Of a stretch of 64,000 nt of DNA, positions 52,201 to 60,215 are shown one piece after another (the first letter of the stretch is position 1; each line of letters starts with the position of its first letter). The notes under the pieces were generated by a model. The model did no database searches. It was not told the origin of the DNA and saw only the letters and a list, made by a program, of their open reading frames with translations. The position numbers and the translations under genes were made by a program. The stretch comes from Methylotenera sp. (GTDB lineage: Bacteria > Pseudomonadota > Gammaproteobacteria > Burkholderiales > Methylophilaceae): the NCBI GenBank assembly GCA_046598525.1, contig JBKJIJ010000021.1, positions 7,142 through 71,141 on the forward strand, written 5' to 3'.

Positions 52201-52384
52201 TTTAGCCCTGCTACCAGCCGCCTTAGGCCTAGGCGCAGGCGAAGAAACCAACGGCCCACTGTCCGTTGCGGTAATCGGCGGCATGCTTTCGTCTACCTTG
52301 CTGACTCTAGTTGTAGTACCTGCGGTGTATTCGCTGGCGATGGGCGCTGTGGATAAATTTGAGCACAGACGCCAATCTGCCTAA
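49271..52384 (+). CDS. RND efflux permease (AcrB/MdtC-like)
   Basis: 1037 aa, GVVVDDAIVV, KNSILLVD, RMRPVLMTS. Confidence 0.95.
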   Translation: MTLPELSIKRHVLAWMLSGVLVLFGIISYQRIAIDRFPLIEFPIITVTTTLKGANPDIMDTSVTSVIESALNTTAGIEHIQSSSSPGASIVVITFKLEKDINVAYNEVQAKLNQVIRRLPTDIDPPILQKAETNAEPVLWLALSGDRTIQQLNVYALNTLKKQLETIDGVGEVQLGGRRDRNIRVLLKPDRMNAYNVTTTDIVNAFNREHIQVPGGFLVSQSAERLLKLDLEFHRLPDLADMVVMQRDGVSVKLKQVASVEDGLTDFRQLARFNAKPTVGLGIIKVPNSNTVDIIDEVERRLEKEIRPNLPPGMNVEVSANEAPFIREMVKALQEHLLEGTLFAALIVLIFMRSLSSTLMICLEIPVSLLGAIAVMYFAGYTFNSMTLLALLLLVGVVVDDAIVVRESIMRHLSGELGTGLKDVDTSNPKAVMAFRQQATINGSREIVFAVLASSLSLVCIFAPVIFMEGIIGKFFEAFAVVVTVGVVVSLFVSLTLTPMLCSRYLSSNTEHGKLYHSLDGFFAGLDNFYARLLNLSLIHRWKVVIVTILVVASSAFFFGAVTKEFVPEADEGKFNVSFKTPLGSSLEYTNTRLDLIEKVMLKHNDDIASFFSVVGAGAQGQVNAGRISVRLKDRHERANSQKELIATLKKELGDIPGVQAYPVPASMVRGQRSEKLQFNITGPSIENVSKYAKAIQQRLVGIDGFGKVELDLQLDLPQLNMQIDRDRAAGFGITAADIANAVSVYAGGINVAKFNDADGDGQRYDIRLKAEDGNFNQITDLSKIYLRANNGDLVRLDSVAQFKQTLGAAVIGRYDLQYAANLYASPSIPLGEAVTAVEAAAKEILPAEYKYKLSGQAEEFAKTFKNVSFIFALALLLLYMVLASQFNSFLQPLIVMVAQPLAIIGGVFALWLTGNSLNIFSMIGLVLLIGLVAKNSILLVDLTNQLRDEGQSINQALLNACPIRMRPVLMTSLTIILALLPAALGLGAGEETNGPLSVAVIGGMLSSTLLTLVVVPAVYSLAMGAVDKFEHRRQSA

Positions 52385-52402
52385 AGTAACACATTACTTT
52401 AT

Positions 52403-52440
52403 CCTTGCAATATACGGAATTAAGTTCCATAATTGCAAGG
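52403..52440 (+). promoter_or_regulatory. Sigma70 promoter embedded in an inverted repeat (candidate operator)
   Basis: TTGCAA-17-CATAAT; arms CCTTGCAAT (52403-52411) and ATTGCAAGG (52432-52440), inner GGAA/TTCC. Confidence 0.75.
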
Positions 52441-53601
52441 ATGAATAACCGTTTTATATTGCCAAGTTTATTAGAAGCACTCAGCTACTCTCCCGCTGTA
52501 GCATTGCTAGGCCCAAGGCAAGTAGGTAAAACAACGCTTGCATTTGAGGTTGGTAAGCATATAACTAAACCAACGTTATACCTCGATTTAGAATCTGAGC
52601 AAGATCGCGCAAAACTAGTCAACGCAGAGCTATATTTAAGCGGGCATCAAGACAAGCTCGTGATACTAGATGAAGTGCACCGCGCGCCTAACTTATTCCC
52701 GTTATTGCGCGGCTTAATAGACCAAGCTCGCCGTGCAAATAATGGCACATGCTTATATTTACTATTAGGCTCTGCCTCTTTAGATTTACTCAAGCAATCA
52801 GGCGAGACACTAGCTGGACGTATCAGCTATATGGAGCTGCCTGCCTTTAATATCTTAGAAATTGACGCGCAGCAATCAGATGATTTATGGGTAAGAGGTG
52901 GTTTTCCCGATAGCTTTTTAGCTAAGACAGAAGTGCGAAGCTTGCGCTGGCGGCAAGACTTTATCCGCAGTTATTTAGAGCGAGATATTCCGCAATTTGG
53001 ACCACGCATCGCTACCGAAACGCTACGCCGTTTTTGGGGCATGCTTGCACATCACCAAGGTGGCTTATTAAATACGGCAGAGCTTGCGCGAAACTTAGGT
53101 GTGGATAATAAAACCGCTGGTAGTTATTTAGAGTTATTAATCGATTTACTACTAGTTAGACGCTTGCCGCCTTGGCATGCCAATGTCGGCAAACGTCTTA
53201 CCAAAGCCTCTAAAGTGTATGTTCGCGATAGCGGGCTTATTCATACGCTACTTAATATACCAGACAAAGAAACGCTGCTAGGCCACCCAATTGTGGGCAA
53301 TAGCTGGGAGTGTTTTGTGATTGAAAATATACTCAACACCGCACCTGCAAACGTACAAGGTTACTTTTACCGAACCAGTGGCGGCGCCGAAATTGACTTG
53401 CTACTAGCATGGCCAAATGGTGACCTTTGGGCCATTGAGATTAAACGTAGCCTAAACCCAAAAATTGAACGTGGGTTTTACTCCGCCTGTGCAGATCTCA
53501 ACCCAACTCGAAAATTTGTAGTGTACCCAGCGCAAGAGCAATATCGTTTAGCTGAAGATATAACCGTTATTTCGCTTGTTGAAATTTGTCGGCTATTGTA
53601 A
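52441..53601 (+). CDS. AAA+ ATPase with DUF4143 C-terminal domain
   Basis: GPRQVGKTT, VILDEVH, LLLGSAS, HTH-like segment, EIDLL...AIEIK nuclease-like motif. Confidence 0.9.
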   Translation: MNNRFILPSLLEALSYSPAVALLGPRQVGKTTLAFEVGKHITKPTLYLDLESEQDRAKLVNAELYLSGHQDKLVILDEVHRAPNLFPLLRGLIDQARRANNGTCLYLLLGSASLDLLKQSGETLAGRISYMELPAFNILEIDAQQSDDLWVRGGFPDSFLAKTEVRSLRWRQDFIRSYLERDIPQFGPRIATETLRRFWGMLAHHQGGLLNTAELARNLGVDNKTAGSYLELLIDLLLVRRLPPWHANVGKRLTKASKVYVRDSGLIHTLLNIPDKETLLGHPIVGNSWECFVIENILNTAPANVQGYFYRTSGGAEIDLLLAWPNGDLWAIEIKRSLNPKIERGFYSACADLNPTRKFVVYPAQEQYRLAEDITVISLVEICRLL

Positions 53602-53676
53602 ATACATTAACTTAAACACTCATTTTAGTAGTGGTATCAGCGGTGTATTCGTTGGTAATAAGCAGGATGCAACGGT

Positions 53677-54612
53677 TTATTTTTTAGCTAAACTAATAAC
53701 CAAAACCCCCACTAAAACAAATAGCGTTCCAGCTATTTGTAGCCACGTTATTTGTTCGCCTAAAAAAACATAAGCAAGAAATACGGTCGAAACTGGTCCA
53801 ACAGAGCTGATTAACGCGGCTTTGCTGCTGCCAATTTTATGTATACCCACGTTGAGAAAAATGGCAGGTAGTACGGTGGCAACAATCGCCATTAACAAGC
53901 TTAACCAATATACTGGTGTTGGTAAATTGAATATAGTCACTGGGTGCGACGTGCTTGCATAATGCGCAGCACTGGCTGCAGTGGCGGCCAACATGGTGTA
54001 AGCGGTAAAGGCTAATGCGCCAATGCGTGGAATCAACTGGCCGCTCACAATTAAATAGGCGGCATAAGTAATAGCGCTAGCCGCCACCAAACCTGCACCT
54101 AGCATGGTTTCTGCCGAATCAGTTTTAAGCAAAAATACATCATGGCCAACCACCAAAGCCACACCCGCATAAGTTAATAATATTGCAAAGTAAGCACGCT
54201 TTCCTACGCGCTGCTTGAATAATAGCGCGCTTATAATCACCACGATTGTCGGATAAATGTACAAGATAATGCGCTCTAATCCTGCTGTGACGTAAGCCAA
54301 GCCTTCAAAATCTAGCAACATTGGTGCGTAACCGCCAAGTACGCCTAATACGGCAATAATGCCAGCATCTCGACTGGTTATTTTGGGTGTTGCTGCCGAA
54401 GTACGCACCCAAAATGCTAATGCAATAAAAAATGGTGCAGAAAACGCCATTCTTAATGCAATAAGCGTAGAAGCATCAACTGTAAATGGCGCGCTTTGTG
54501 CATAAGCAAGTTTCACCATAACCGCTTTAGACGATACAGTAATTGCAGCGGCCAACACCATCAATGCCCCTATTAAGGCATTGCGAGCAGCTTGTTTAGT
54601 TTGAGATTGCAT
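53677..54612 (-). CDS. EamA/DMT family transporter
   Basis: Two EamA repeats, about 10 TMs; start moved to ATG 54612 (MQSQTK) behind an AAGGG SD. Confidence 0.9.
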   Translation of the reverse strand: MQSQTKQAARNALIGALMVLAAAITVSSKAVMVKLAYAQSAPFTVDASTLIALRMAFSAPFFIALAFWVRTSAATPKITSRDAGIIAVLGVLGGYAPMLLDFEGLAYVTAGLERIILYIYPTIVVIISALLFKQRVGKRAYFAILLTYAGVALVVGHDVFLLKTDSAETMLGAGLVAASAITYAAYLIVSGQLIPRIGALAFTAYTMLAATAASAAHYASTSHPVTIFNLPTPVYWLSLLMAIVATVLPAIFLNVGIHKIGSSKAALISSVGPVSTVFLAYVFLGEQITWLQIAGTLFVLVGVLVISLAKK

Positions 54613-54657
54613 ATTAGAGCCCTTAATTATGGGCTCAAGGGGAAGGGTGTAACGAAT

Positions 54658-54680
54658 CAACCGCGGAGAGCCCGCGGTTG
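54658..54680 (-). terminator. GC-rich attenuator-like hairpin downstream of the leader peptide
   Basis: CAACCGCGG-GCTCT-CCGCGGTTG, then an imperfect U-rich tail (ATTCGTT). Confidence 0.65.
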
Positions 54681-54688
54681 CATAAAAT

Positions 54689-54784
54689 TTACGACAAGCA
54701 ACAACCGCAGCAAGTAATGGCTAGTAGCCATAATGCGTTACGGTTAATGACCGCAAAGGCGGTTATGTATTTGCTGTTTATCAT
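54689..54784 (-). CDS. Putative Cys-rich leader peptide (31 aa) MINSKYITAFAVINRNALWLLAITCCGCCLS
   Basis: Translated by hand; TGC TGC GGT TGT TGC just before the stop; directly downstream of a consensus promoter; below the ORF-track length cutoff. Confidence 0.7.
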   Translation of the reverse strand: MINSKYITAFAVINRNALWLLAITCCGCCLS

Positions 54785-54794
54785 AAGGCTGGGA

Positions 54795-54823
54795 ATTCTA
54801 CGCGGATGTTATTGGACGGTCAA
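54795..54823 (-). promoter_or_regulatory. Sigma70 promoter for leader peptide and EamA gene
   Basis: TTGACC (54823-54818) - 17 nt - TAGAAT (54800-54795). Confidence 0.8.
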
Positions 54824-54829
54824 ACCTCA

Positions 54830-55369
54830 TTAAGCTCGGCTAGCAACCAACTTAGCCAAATACTCTAAATTAAGCCCTTCCAGTTTTGGCTGCCATAAAT
54901 CTGGTTTTACAGGAAAATCTATAAACTCACCCGTGCGCTGGTAGCCAAGCCGCTCGTAAAAGTCAATAAGCTCGTGCCGTATAGAAATAACGGCCATATG
55001 AAACCCTACCACGCGCCATTCTCTAGCTGTCATGGCTTCTGCGGCTTGAATCATGGTGGTGCCGTGGCCTTTGTTTTGCAGGGTGGGTTTTACGGCTATC
55101 ATGCCAAGGTGGGCGATATTTCTGCCGTGGGCGTCTTGCTTCTCACAGCTAATGGTGGCCACAATTTGATCGCGCAAAACACCCACCAACACAAATGCAT
55201 CTTCATGTTTAATCATGCTGGCGACTTCTTGCGTGGTGGTGCGTAAGCCATCTAGAATATCCGCTTCGGTGGTCCAGCCTGCGCGGCTGCTTTCACCGCG
55301 ATAGGCAGAGTTGATAAGGGCAGCAATATCTTGCGCGTCGACTAGTTCGGCTTTATGAAAATGTAGCAT
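54830..55369 (-). CDS. GNAT family N-acetyltransferase
   Basis: AVKPTLQNKGHG acetyl-CoA motif, FYERLGY. Confidence 0.9.
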   Translation of the reverse strand: MLHFHKAELVDAQDIAALINSAYRGESSRAGWTTEADILDGLRTTTQEVASMIKHEDAFVLVGVLRDQIVATISCEKQDAHGRNIAHLGMIAVKPTLQNKGHGTTMIQAAEAMTAREWRVVGFHMAVISIRHELIDFYERLGYQRTGEFIDFPVKPDLWQPKLEGLNLEYLAKLVASRA

Positions 55370-55393
55370 GCTAATTCTGAGTATTTTCTCTGA

Positions 55394-56626
55394 CTATTTA
55401 TTGACTAATTTTTGAACAACAAGGCTGCCAATCATATCGCCCTGCACATTAACGGTGGTGCGTATGGTGTCTAGCAGCCTGTCAATTGGTAGCAAAATCG
55501 CAATTGCTTCGGCAGGCAAACCCACACTTTGCAGCACCATCACCATGGTCACCATGCCTGCGCTGGGAATGCCCGGCGCGCCGATGGCGGCTATCATGGC
55601 GGTGACGAATACAATTAATTGCTGGGTTAGATTCAAATCAATGCCGACTAAATTGGCAATAAATAAAGCCGCTGCCGCTTCATATAAAGCCGTTCCGTCC
55701 ATATTTACGGTAGCGCCAAGCGGCACTACAAAGCCTGCTATTTCTGGCTTCACATGCAAATGCTGTGTGGTACAGCGCATGGTGACAGGCAGTGTGGCGC
55801 TGCTGGAGCTAGTGGCGAAGGCGGTAATCAGCGCCTCACGCGCGCCGCGCCAAAACCACAATGGCGTTTTGCCGGTGATTAAATACAGCAATAGCGGCAA
55901 TATCACCACGCCATGCAGCAATGTGGTGCCAACCACCACGGTCATAAATTTGGCCATGGTGCCCAGCATGGCGGTATCTTGAGTAGCAATTAACTTAATT
56001 AATAAAGCCGCAATGCCAAACGGCGCCAGCACCATCACCCAGCCTACAATGCGCATGGTCAACTCTAAGCCTTCTTGCAATAAGCCTAAAATATTCTTAT
56101 ATCGCTCACCGCCCACCACTAGCGCAATGCCTAGAATCAGCGCAAATATCACCACAGCCAGCACATTTCCCGTTGCTAATGCCGCAAAAGGATTCATAAA
56201 TAAGCCATGCAAAAATTGCGCAAAAAATTCGGGTAGCGGTAACTGTTGCGCTTGAAAATTTTGCATAGAATCAGCAAACATGGCGATTTGCACGCCAGCG
56301 CCTGGCTTGAAATAATTGCTGGCAAACATGCCTAAGGCAATGGCAATGGCCATGGTGAATGCAAAGAACACTAACGTGGTGACCCACACGCGGTGCATTT
56401 GGCTGTGTTGGCGCAAATTGGCAATGCCTACCGCAATACTGCAAAAAACCAGCGGGATTAAAATCATCTTGAGCAAATCGATAAACAGTGTGCCGATTAG
56501 ACCCGATGCGTATAAACCGCCTTTGACTAGATTATTTTCTGCGCCTAAGCCGTGAAAATATAAGCCGATTAAGATGCCAAACACTGCGCCGATAAGGATT
56601 TGTAGATTAAGGCTGGGTAGTTTCAT
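55394..56626 (-). CDS. Dicarboxylate/amino acid:cation symporter (DAACS)
   Basis: TSSSSATLP, GATVNMDGTALY, DTIRTTVNV; start at ATG 56626 or 56641, not 56710, which lies in a repeat. Confidence 0.9.
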   Translation of the reverse strand: MKLPSLNLQILIGAVFGILIGLYFHGLGAENNLVKGGLYASGLIGTLFIDLLKMILIPLVFCSIAVGIANLRQHSQMHRVWVTTLVFFAFTMAIAIALGMFASNYFKPGAGVQIAMFADSMQNFQAQQLPLPEFFAQFLHGLFMNPFAALATGNVLAVVIFALILGIALVVGGERYKNILGLLQEGLELTMRIVGWVMVLAPFGIAALLIKLIATQDTAMLGTMAKFMTVVVGTTLLHGVVILPLLLYLITGKTPLWFWRGAREALITAFATSSSSATLPVTMRCTTQHLHVKPEIAGFVVPLGATVNMDGTALYEAAAALFIANLVGIDLNLTQQLIVFVTAMIAAIGAPGIPSAGMVTMVMVLQSVGLPAEAIAILLPIDRLLDTIRTTVNVQGDMIGSLVVQKLVNK

Positions 56627-56683
56627 GGCAAGCAGTTTCATGGCAGTTATCTTCAATGCAATTAAAGTATGAATATCACAATC

Positions 56684-56761
56684 GTCATTCCCGCGCAGGC
56701 GGGAATCCATGCTGACCTTGATTTAAACCTTAAAATGGATTCCCGCTTGCGCGAGAATGAC
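56684..56761. repeat. Inverted doublet of CGTC-type REP palindromes (dRS3-like ATTCCC-N8-GGGAAT)
   Basis: GTCATTCCCGC-GCAG-GCGGGAATCCA ... TGGATTCCCGC-TTGC-GCGAGAATGAC. Confidence 0.88.
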
Positions 56762-56777
56762 AGTTCAAGGAGTTTGT

Positions 56778-58346
56778 TTACTCTTCAATAACTTTTGGTT
56801 TGGCTACCTTGTCTTTTACTACCTTAGCTTTTACCACTTTTTCTTTAACTGGCTTTTCTTTTACTACTTCTTCTTTTATTGCTTTTTCTTTGATAACTTT
56901 TTCTTTAACCGCTTTTGGCTTTGCAGCGGCTTTTACCGTTTTTAATGCAGGCTCAATTTCCGCTTCTGTTTCTGCTTCCGCCTCATCCGCCACGGCGGCT
57001 TTAATGTGCTCAATTAGCTCGGCGGCTTCTTGTACAATTTCGGCTGACATTTTTACCACATTGTCAGACGGATTTGCTTTTTCAAATACAGCGGCAAAAA
57101 AGCCATCGGTGCCATGCAAATGTGGCAATAGTTTTAAATAATCGCCAGTATCCAGCTTTATTTGCTGATGACTTAATACCGTGTTGGCGGGTACTAATTT
57201 AAAATCAGGATTTGCAGCCAAAAACGCTTCGGCAATCGCTTCGTTTTCATCTTTTAATAAGCTGCAAGTGGCGTAAATTAAGCGGCCACCTGTTTTAGTT
57301 AGCTTGGCTGCGCGCGCCAAAATATTGGTTTGTTTGATATTAAGCTCTGCAATATCGGCATCTTCAAAACGCCATTTTAAATCAGGGTTACGGCGCAGCG
57401 TGCCAAAACCGCTACATGGCGCATCCACTAGCACACGGTCAAACTTACCATTTAAGCGCTTTAATTTAGGATCATTTTCAGAGCTGATGACTTGCGCGTG
57501 CAAATTGGATAAACCAGAACGTTTAAGGCGTTTGCCTAAGTTAAATAAGCGTTTTTCAGAGATATCAAACGCATATAAACGGCCTGTGTTTTTCATTAAA
57601 GCGCCGATTGCTAACGTTTTTCCGCCTGCGCCTGCACAAAAATCGGCCACCATTTGGCCGCGCTTTGGCGCAACCAAATACGCCAATAACTGGCTGCCTT
57701 CGTCTTGCACTTCAATCTTGCCAGCTTCAAATAGCACATGCTTGCTAATATTTAACCGCGCGCCCATGCGAATGCCAATGGGCGAATGTGGCGTTACTTC
57801 TATCACATTATCTTTAATGGTATTTTCGGCCAGCATGCGCGCCAATACTTCTTCGCGCGTGCCTTTAATGGTATTTACGCGCAAATCTAGCGCGGCTTGA
57901 TCAAACATACTGCGGCAAATGGTCAGCGCTTCGGCTTCACCATATTGCGCCACTAGCTTGTTCCAAAGCCAATCGCGCACATCCGCCTGCACAGGCAGCG
58001 GAAAATCTTGCGTCGATTTAGCTTTAATCGAATGCGCCCACTCGGTTTGTTGCTCATTTAAAATAGGCTCTAATTCGCGGATGCTTTTGCCTTGCACGCG
58101 CAATAACCACGCCAAAATCAGCTTACGCGCATCATCTGGGTCGTTTGCTTCATTCGCCGTTACCGCGCTTAAATAGCGCAATCGGCGCAAAACCCCATAG
58201 ACACTCTCAGCCACAAACGCGCGGTCTTTGGTGCCCAGTTCACGATTATTGCGAAAAAAATCGCCTAATTTGGCATCGGCTGGGCTATTAAAATCCAGCA
58301 GATTAGTGAGTAGCATGGCGGCTTGGCGCAGTAAATTTGGGGTCAT
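56778..58346 (-). CDS. RsmB/NOP-family RNA m5C methyltransferase with charged C-terminal tail
   Basis: VQDEGSQL, DFCAGAGGKT, DAPCSG, YATCS, TDGFFAA. Confidence 0.9.
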   Translation of the reverse strand: MTPNLLRQAAMLLTNLLDFNSPADAKLGDFFRNNRELGTKDRAFVAESVYGVLRRLRYLSAVTANEANDPDDARKLILAWLLRVQGKSIRELEPILNEQQTEWAHSIKAKSTQDFPLPVQADVRDWLWNKLVAQYGEAEALTICRSMFDQAALDLRVNTIKGTREEVLARMLAENTIKDNVIEVTPHSPIGIRMGARLNISKHVLFEAGKIEVQDEGSQLLAYLVAPKRGQMVADFCAGAGGKTLAIGALMKNTGRLYAFDISEKRLFNLGKRLKRSGLSNLHAQVISSENDPKLKRLNGKFDRVLVDAPCSGFGTLRRNPDLKWRFEDADIAELNIKQTNILARAAKLTKTGGRLIYATCSLLKDENEAIAEAFLAANPDFKLVPANTVLSHQQIKLDTGDYLKLLPHLHGTDGFFAAVFEKANPSDNVVKMSAEIVQEAAELIEHIKAAVADEAEAETEAEIEPALKTVKAAAKPKAVKEKVIKEKAIKEEVVKEKPVKEKVVKAKVVKDKVAKPKVIEE

Positions 58347-58369
58347 ATTGTTATCTTAAATATCTAAAG

Positions 58370-59506
58370 TTAATTGGGTGCTGGCCGTGACGTGTTAATG
58401 CGATTAGCGACTAATTCGTACACTTTACCGTTTTTTTCTGTTTTGCGAATTTTTACTGGCACATATTGATAATCCAACGCCAGCCAAAGCTCTGTTTTTT
58501 CATCAGAATCTTCACTTTCGTGAAAAATATGAATGGTTTTAATCTCGCCCAGCGGGGTATTAATATTTTCTTCGCCACTAAAACTGTAATTATAACTGGT
58601 CAATTTTTTGCCTGTGGCAATACTAATTTGCATGCGCTCTAACGGCGCCACATACATAAATTGATACATAAAACTAAGCAAATCTTGTGCACCATCGCTA
58701 ATTTCGGCGGTTTTGGTGCCTTTAGCTGTAATTAAATCCACTTTTTTAGCGGACCAATCAAATTTAGCCGTATAGGTTTTATCCACTTTACGGCCATATT
58801 GATACACATAATTACTTGGCTGCAAGCCAGTTTTAGTCAGCTGGCCTGTGCTAGTTTGCAGCAAATTAGCCACGATTAATGCCGCAATTCCATCTGGCTT
58901 AATCAAGCTGGTCAGTTGATATTGATTGCCACTGCTTAGATTAAAGATAATTTTAGCGCCACCCTCTTTTGCGCCGTCTATCTTTGTTCTCACATCAAAA
59001 TCGGTTTCTACATACTGATATGCGTTTTCATTAATAACCGCGCCTTCATCCACAGATGGCGGCTCGGTTTCAACTATTTCGCTAGTTTCAGGTGGGGCTG
59101 CTGTGGCTGCTTGCTGATCTGGTTGCTGAATTGGCGGCGCTGTTAGTTCTGGCGCCACTGTTGGCAAATCACTAGGTATAAACTCGGCTGGCAGTGGCTC
59201 TAACACTTCATTTGGTTCTGCAATAACTTCATTTTTAGATACATCATTTTTAGATAAAGGTGCAGCAACTTTTTCACTAATTTTTGCTATTTTATCTTTA
59301 ACAATCGCTTTATTATCAACTACTTTTTTAACCAATTTTGGCGCTTGCAATCTGGCTTCAATTGTATGAATTTCTGGCTTAGGGCTCGGTAAGCGCACAT
59401 CAAAACCGCTCACCAAATAGACATGCACAATGGCCGATAAAACAAGGGCTAGCGCTAGTCTTTTAGTGCGGCGGTTTTGAATAAATTCGGCAACATTATT
59501 CCACAT
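58370..59506 (-). CDS. DUF3108-domain protein with N-terminal TM and Pro-rich linker
   Basis: AQDLLSFMYQF, ELWLALDYQYVPVKI. Confidence 0.78.
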   Translation of the reverse strand: MWNNVAEFIQNRRTKRLALALVLSAIVHVYLVSGFDVRLPSPKPEIHTIEARLQAPKLVKKVVDNKAIVKDKIAKISEKVAAPLSKNDVSKNEVIAEPNEVLEPLPAEFIPSDLPTVAPELTAPPIQQPDQQAATAAPPETSEIVETEPPSVDEGAVINENAYQYVETDFDVRTKIDGAKEGGAKIIFNLSSGNQYQLTSLIKPDGIAALIVANLLQTSTGQLTKTGLQPSNYVYQYGRKVDKTYTAKFDWSAKKVDLITAKGTKTAEISDGAQDLLSFMYQFMYVAPLERMQISIATGKKLTSYNYSFSGEENINTPLGEIKTIHIFHESEDSDEKTELWLALDYQYVPVKIRKTEKNGKVYELVANRINTSRPAPN

Positions 59507-60215
59507 GTATTTTGGTTAAAGTTTGCTCAAAATTGGCACCTTTGTCATCCGTTAGCACATATTGCACAGGCAAATAATGCTGATCTTGTGCCAACCATAA
59601 TTGCTTTTTATCGTCGCCCGCCGCTGGCATATTGGCAATATGCAACGTTTTAAATTGGGTATTGGCGGCGTTTAATTTTAAGCCGCGCGCCATCACTTTA
59701 TATTGATATTGATCCAGTTTTTTACCGGTGGTTAAAGTCACATTAAACATTTTGCCAGCACGCGCTTTGGCTGGCATAAACATAAACTGGTAGGCATAAC
59801 TGAGTAAATCTTGCGATCCCTTTTCTAAGGCTTGCGTTCTAACTTCGCCTTTTACTTGCATATTCAGCGTTTTGTTAGCCCAATCAAAATCGGCTATTAG
59901 CGATTTCTTTTGATTATCACCTTGATGCAATTCAAAATGATTGGGCTTTAAGCCCTCTTTTGTAACGCTACCGCTGCTGCTTAATTTGCGCTCGCCCAAA
60001 AGCCCATAAACGCCAATGCCTTTGGTAACCGATTCAATTTTGTATTGGCTGCCATCTTGGCTAAAATTTTCGACCACATTGGCAAATAGCTCACCATCGC
60101 GTTTTACTTCATATTCAAGCTGAATTTTTTTGGGCGCGGCTTGCGCCGTTGCAACAAACATTGCTGCGCACAAAAAAATAATCCATTGGCTTTGCTTAAT
60201 CATGTACTTTTCCAA
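59496..60215 (-). CDS. DUF3108-domain exported protein
   Basis: Signal peptide; SQDLLSYAYQF, LWLAQDQHYLPV; paralog of the adjacent gene. Confidence 0.78.
   Translation of the reverse strand: MEKYMIKQSQWIIFLCAAMFVATAQAAPKKIQLEYEVKRDGELFANVVENFSQDGSQYKIESVTKGIGVYGLLGERKLSSSGSVTKEGLKPNHFELHQGDNQKKSLIADFDWANKTLNMQVKGEVRTQALEKGSQDLLSYAYQFMFMPAKARAGKMFNVTLTTGKKLDQYQYKVMARGLKLNAANTQFKTLHIANMPAAGDDKKQLWLAQDQHYLPVQYVLTDDKGANFEQTLTKIHVE

Noticed and set aside
54613-54660. 16-aa N-terminal extension of EamA in the ORF track
   Set aside because: Runs through the regulatory hairpins; the SD fits ATG 54612
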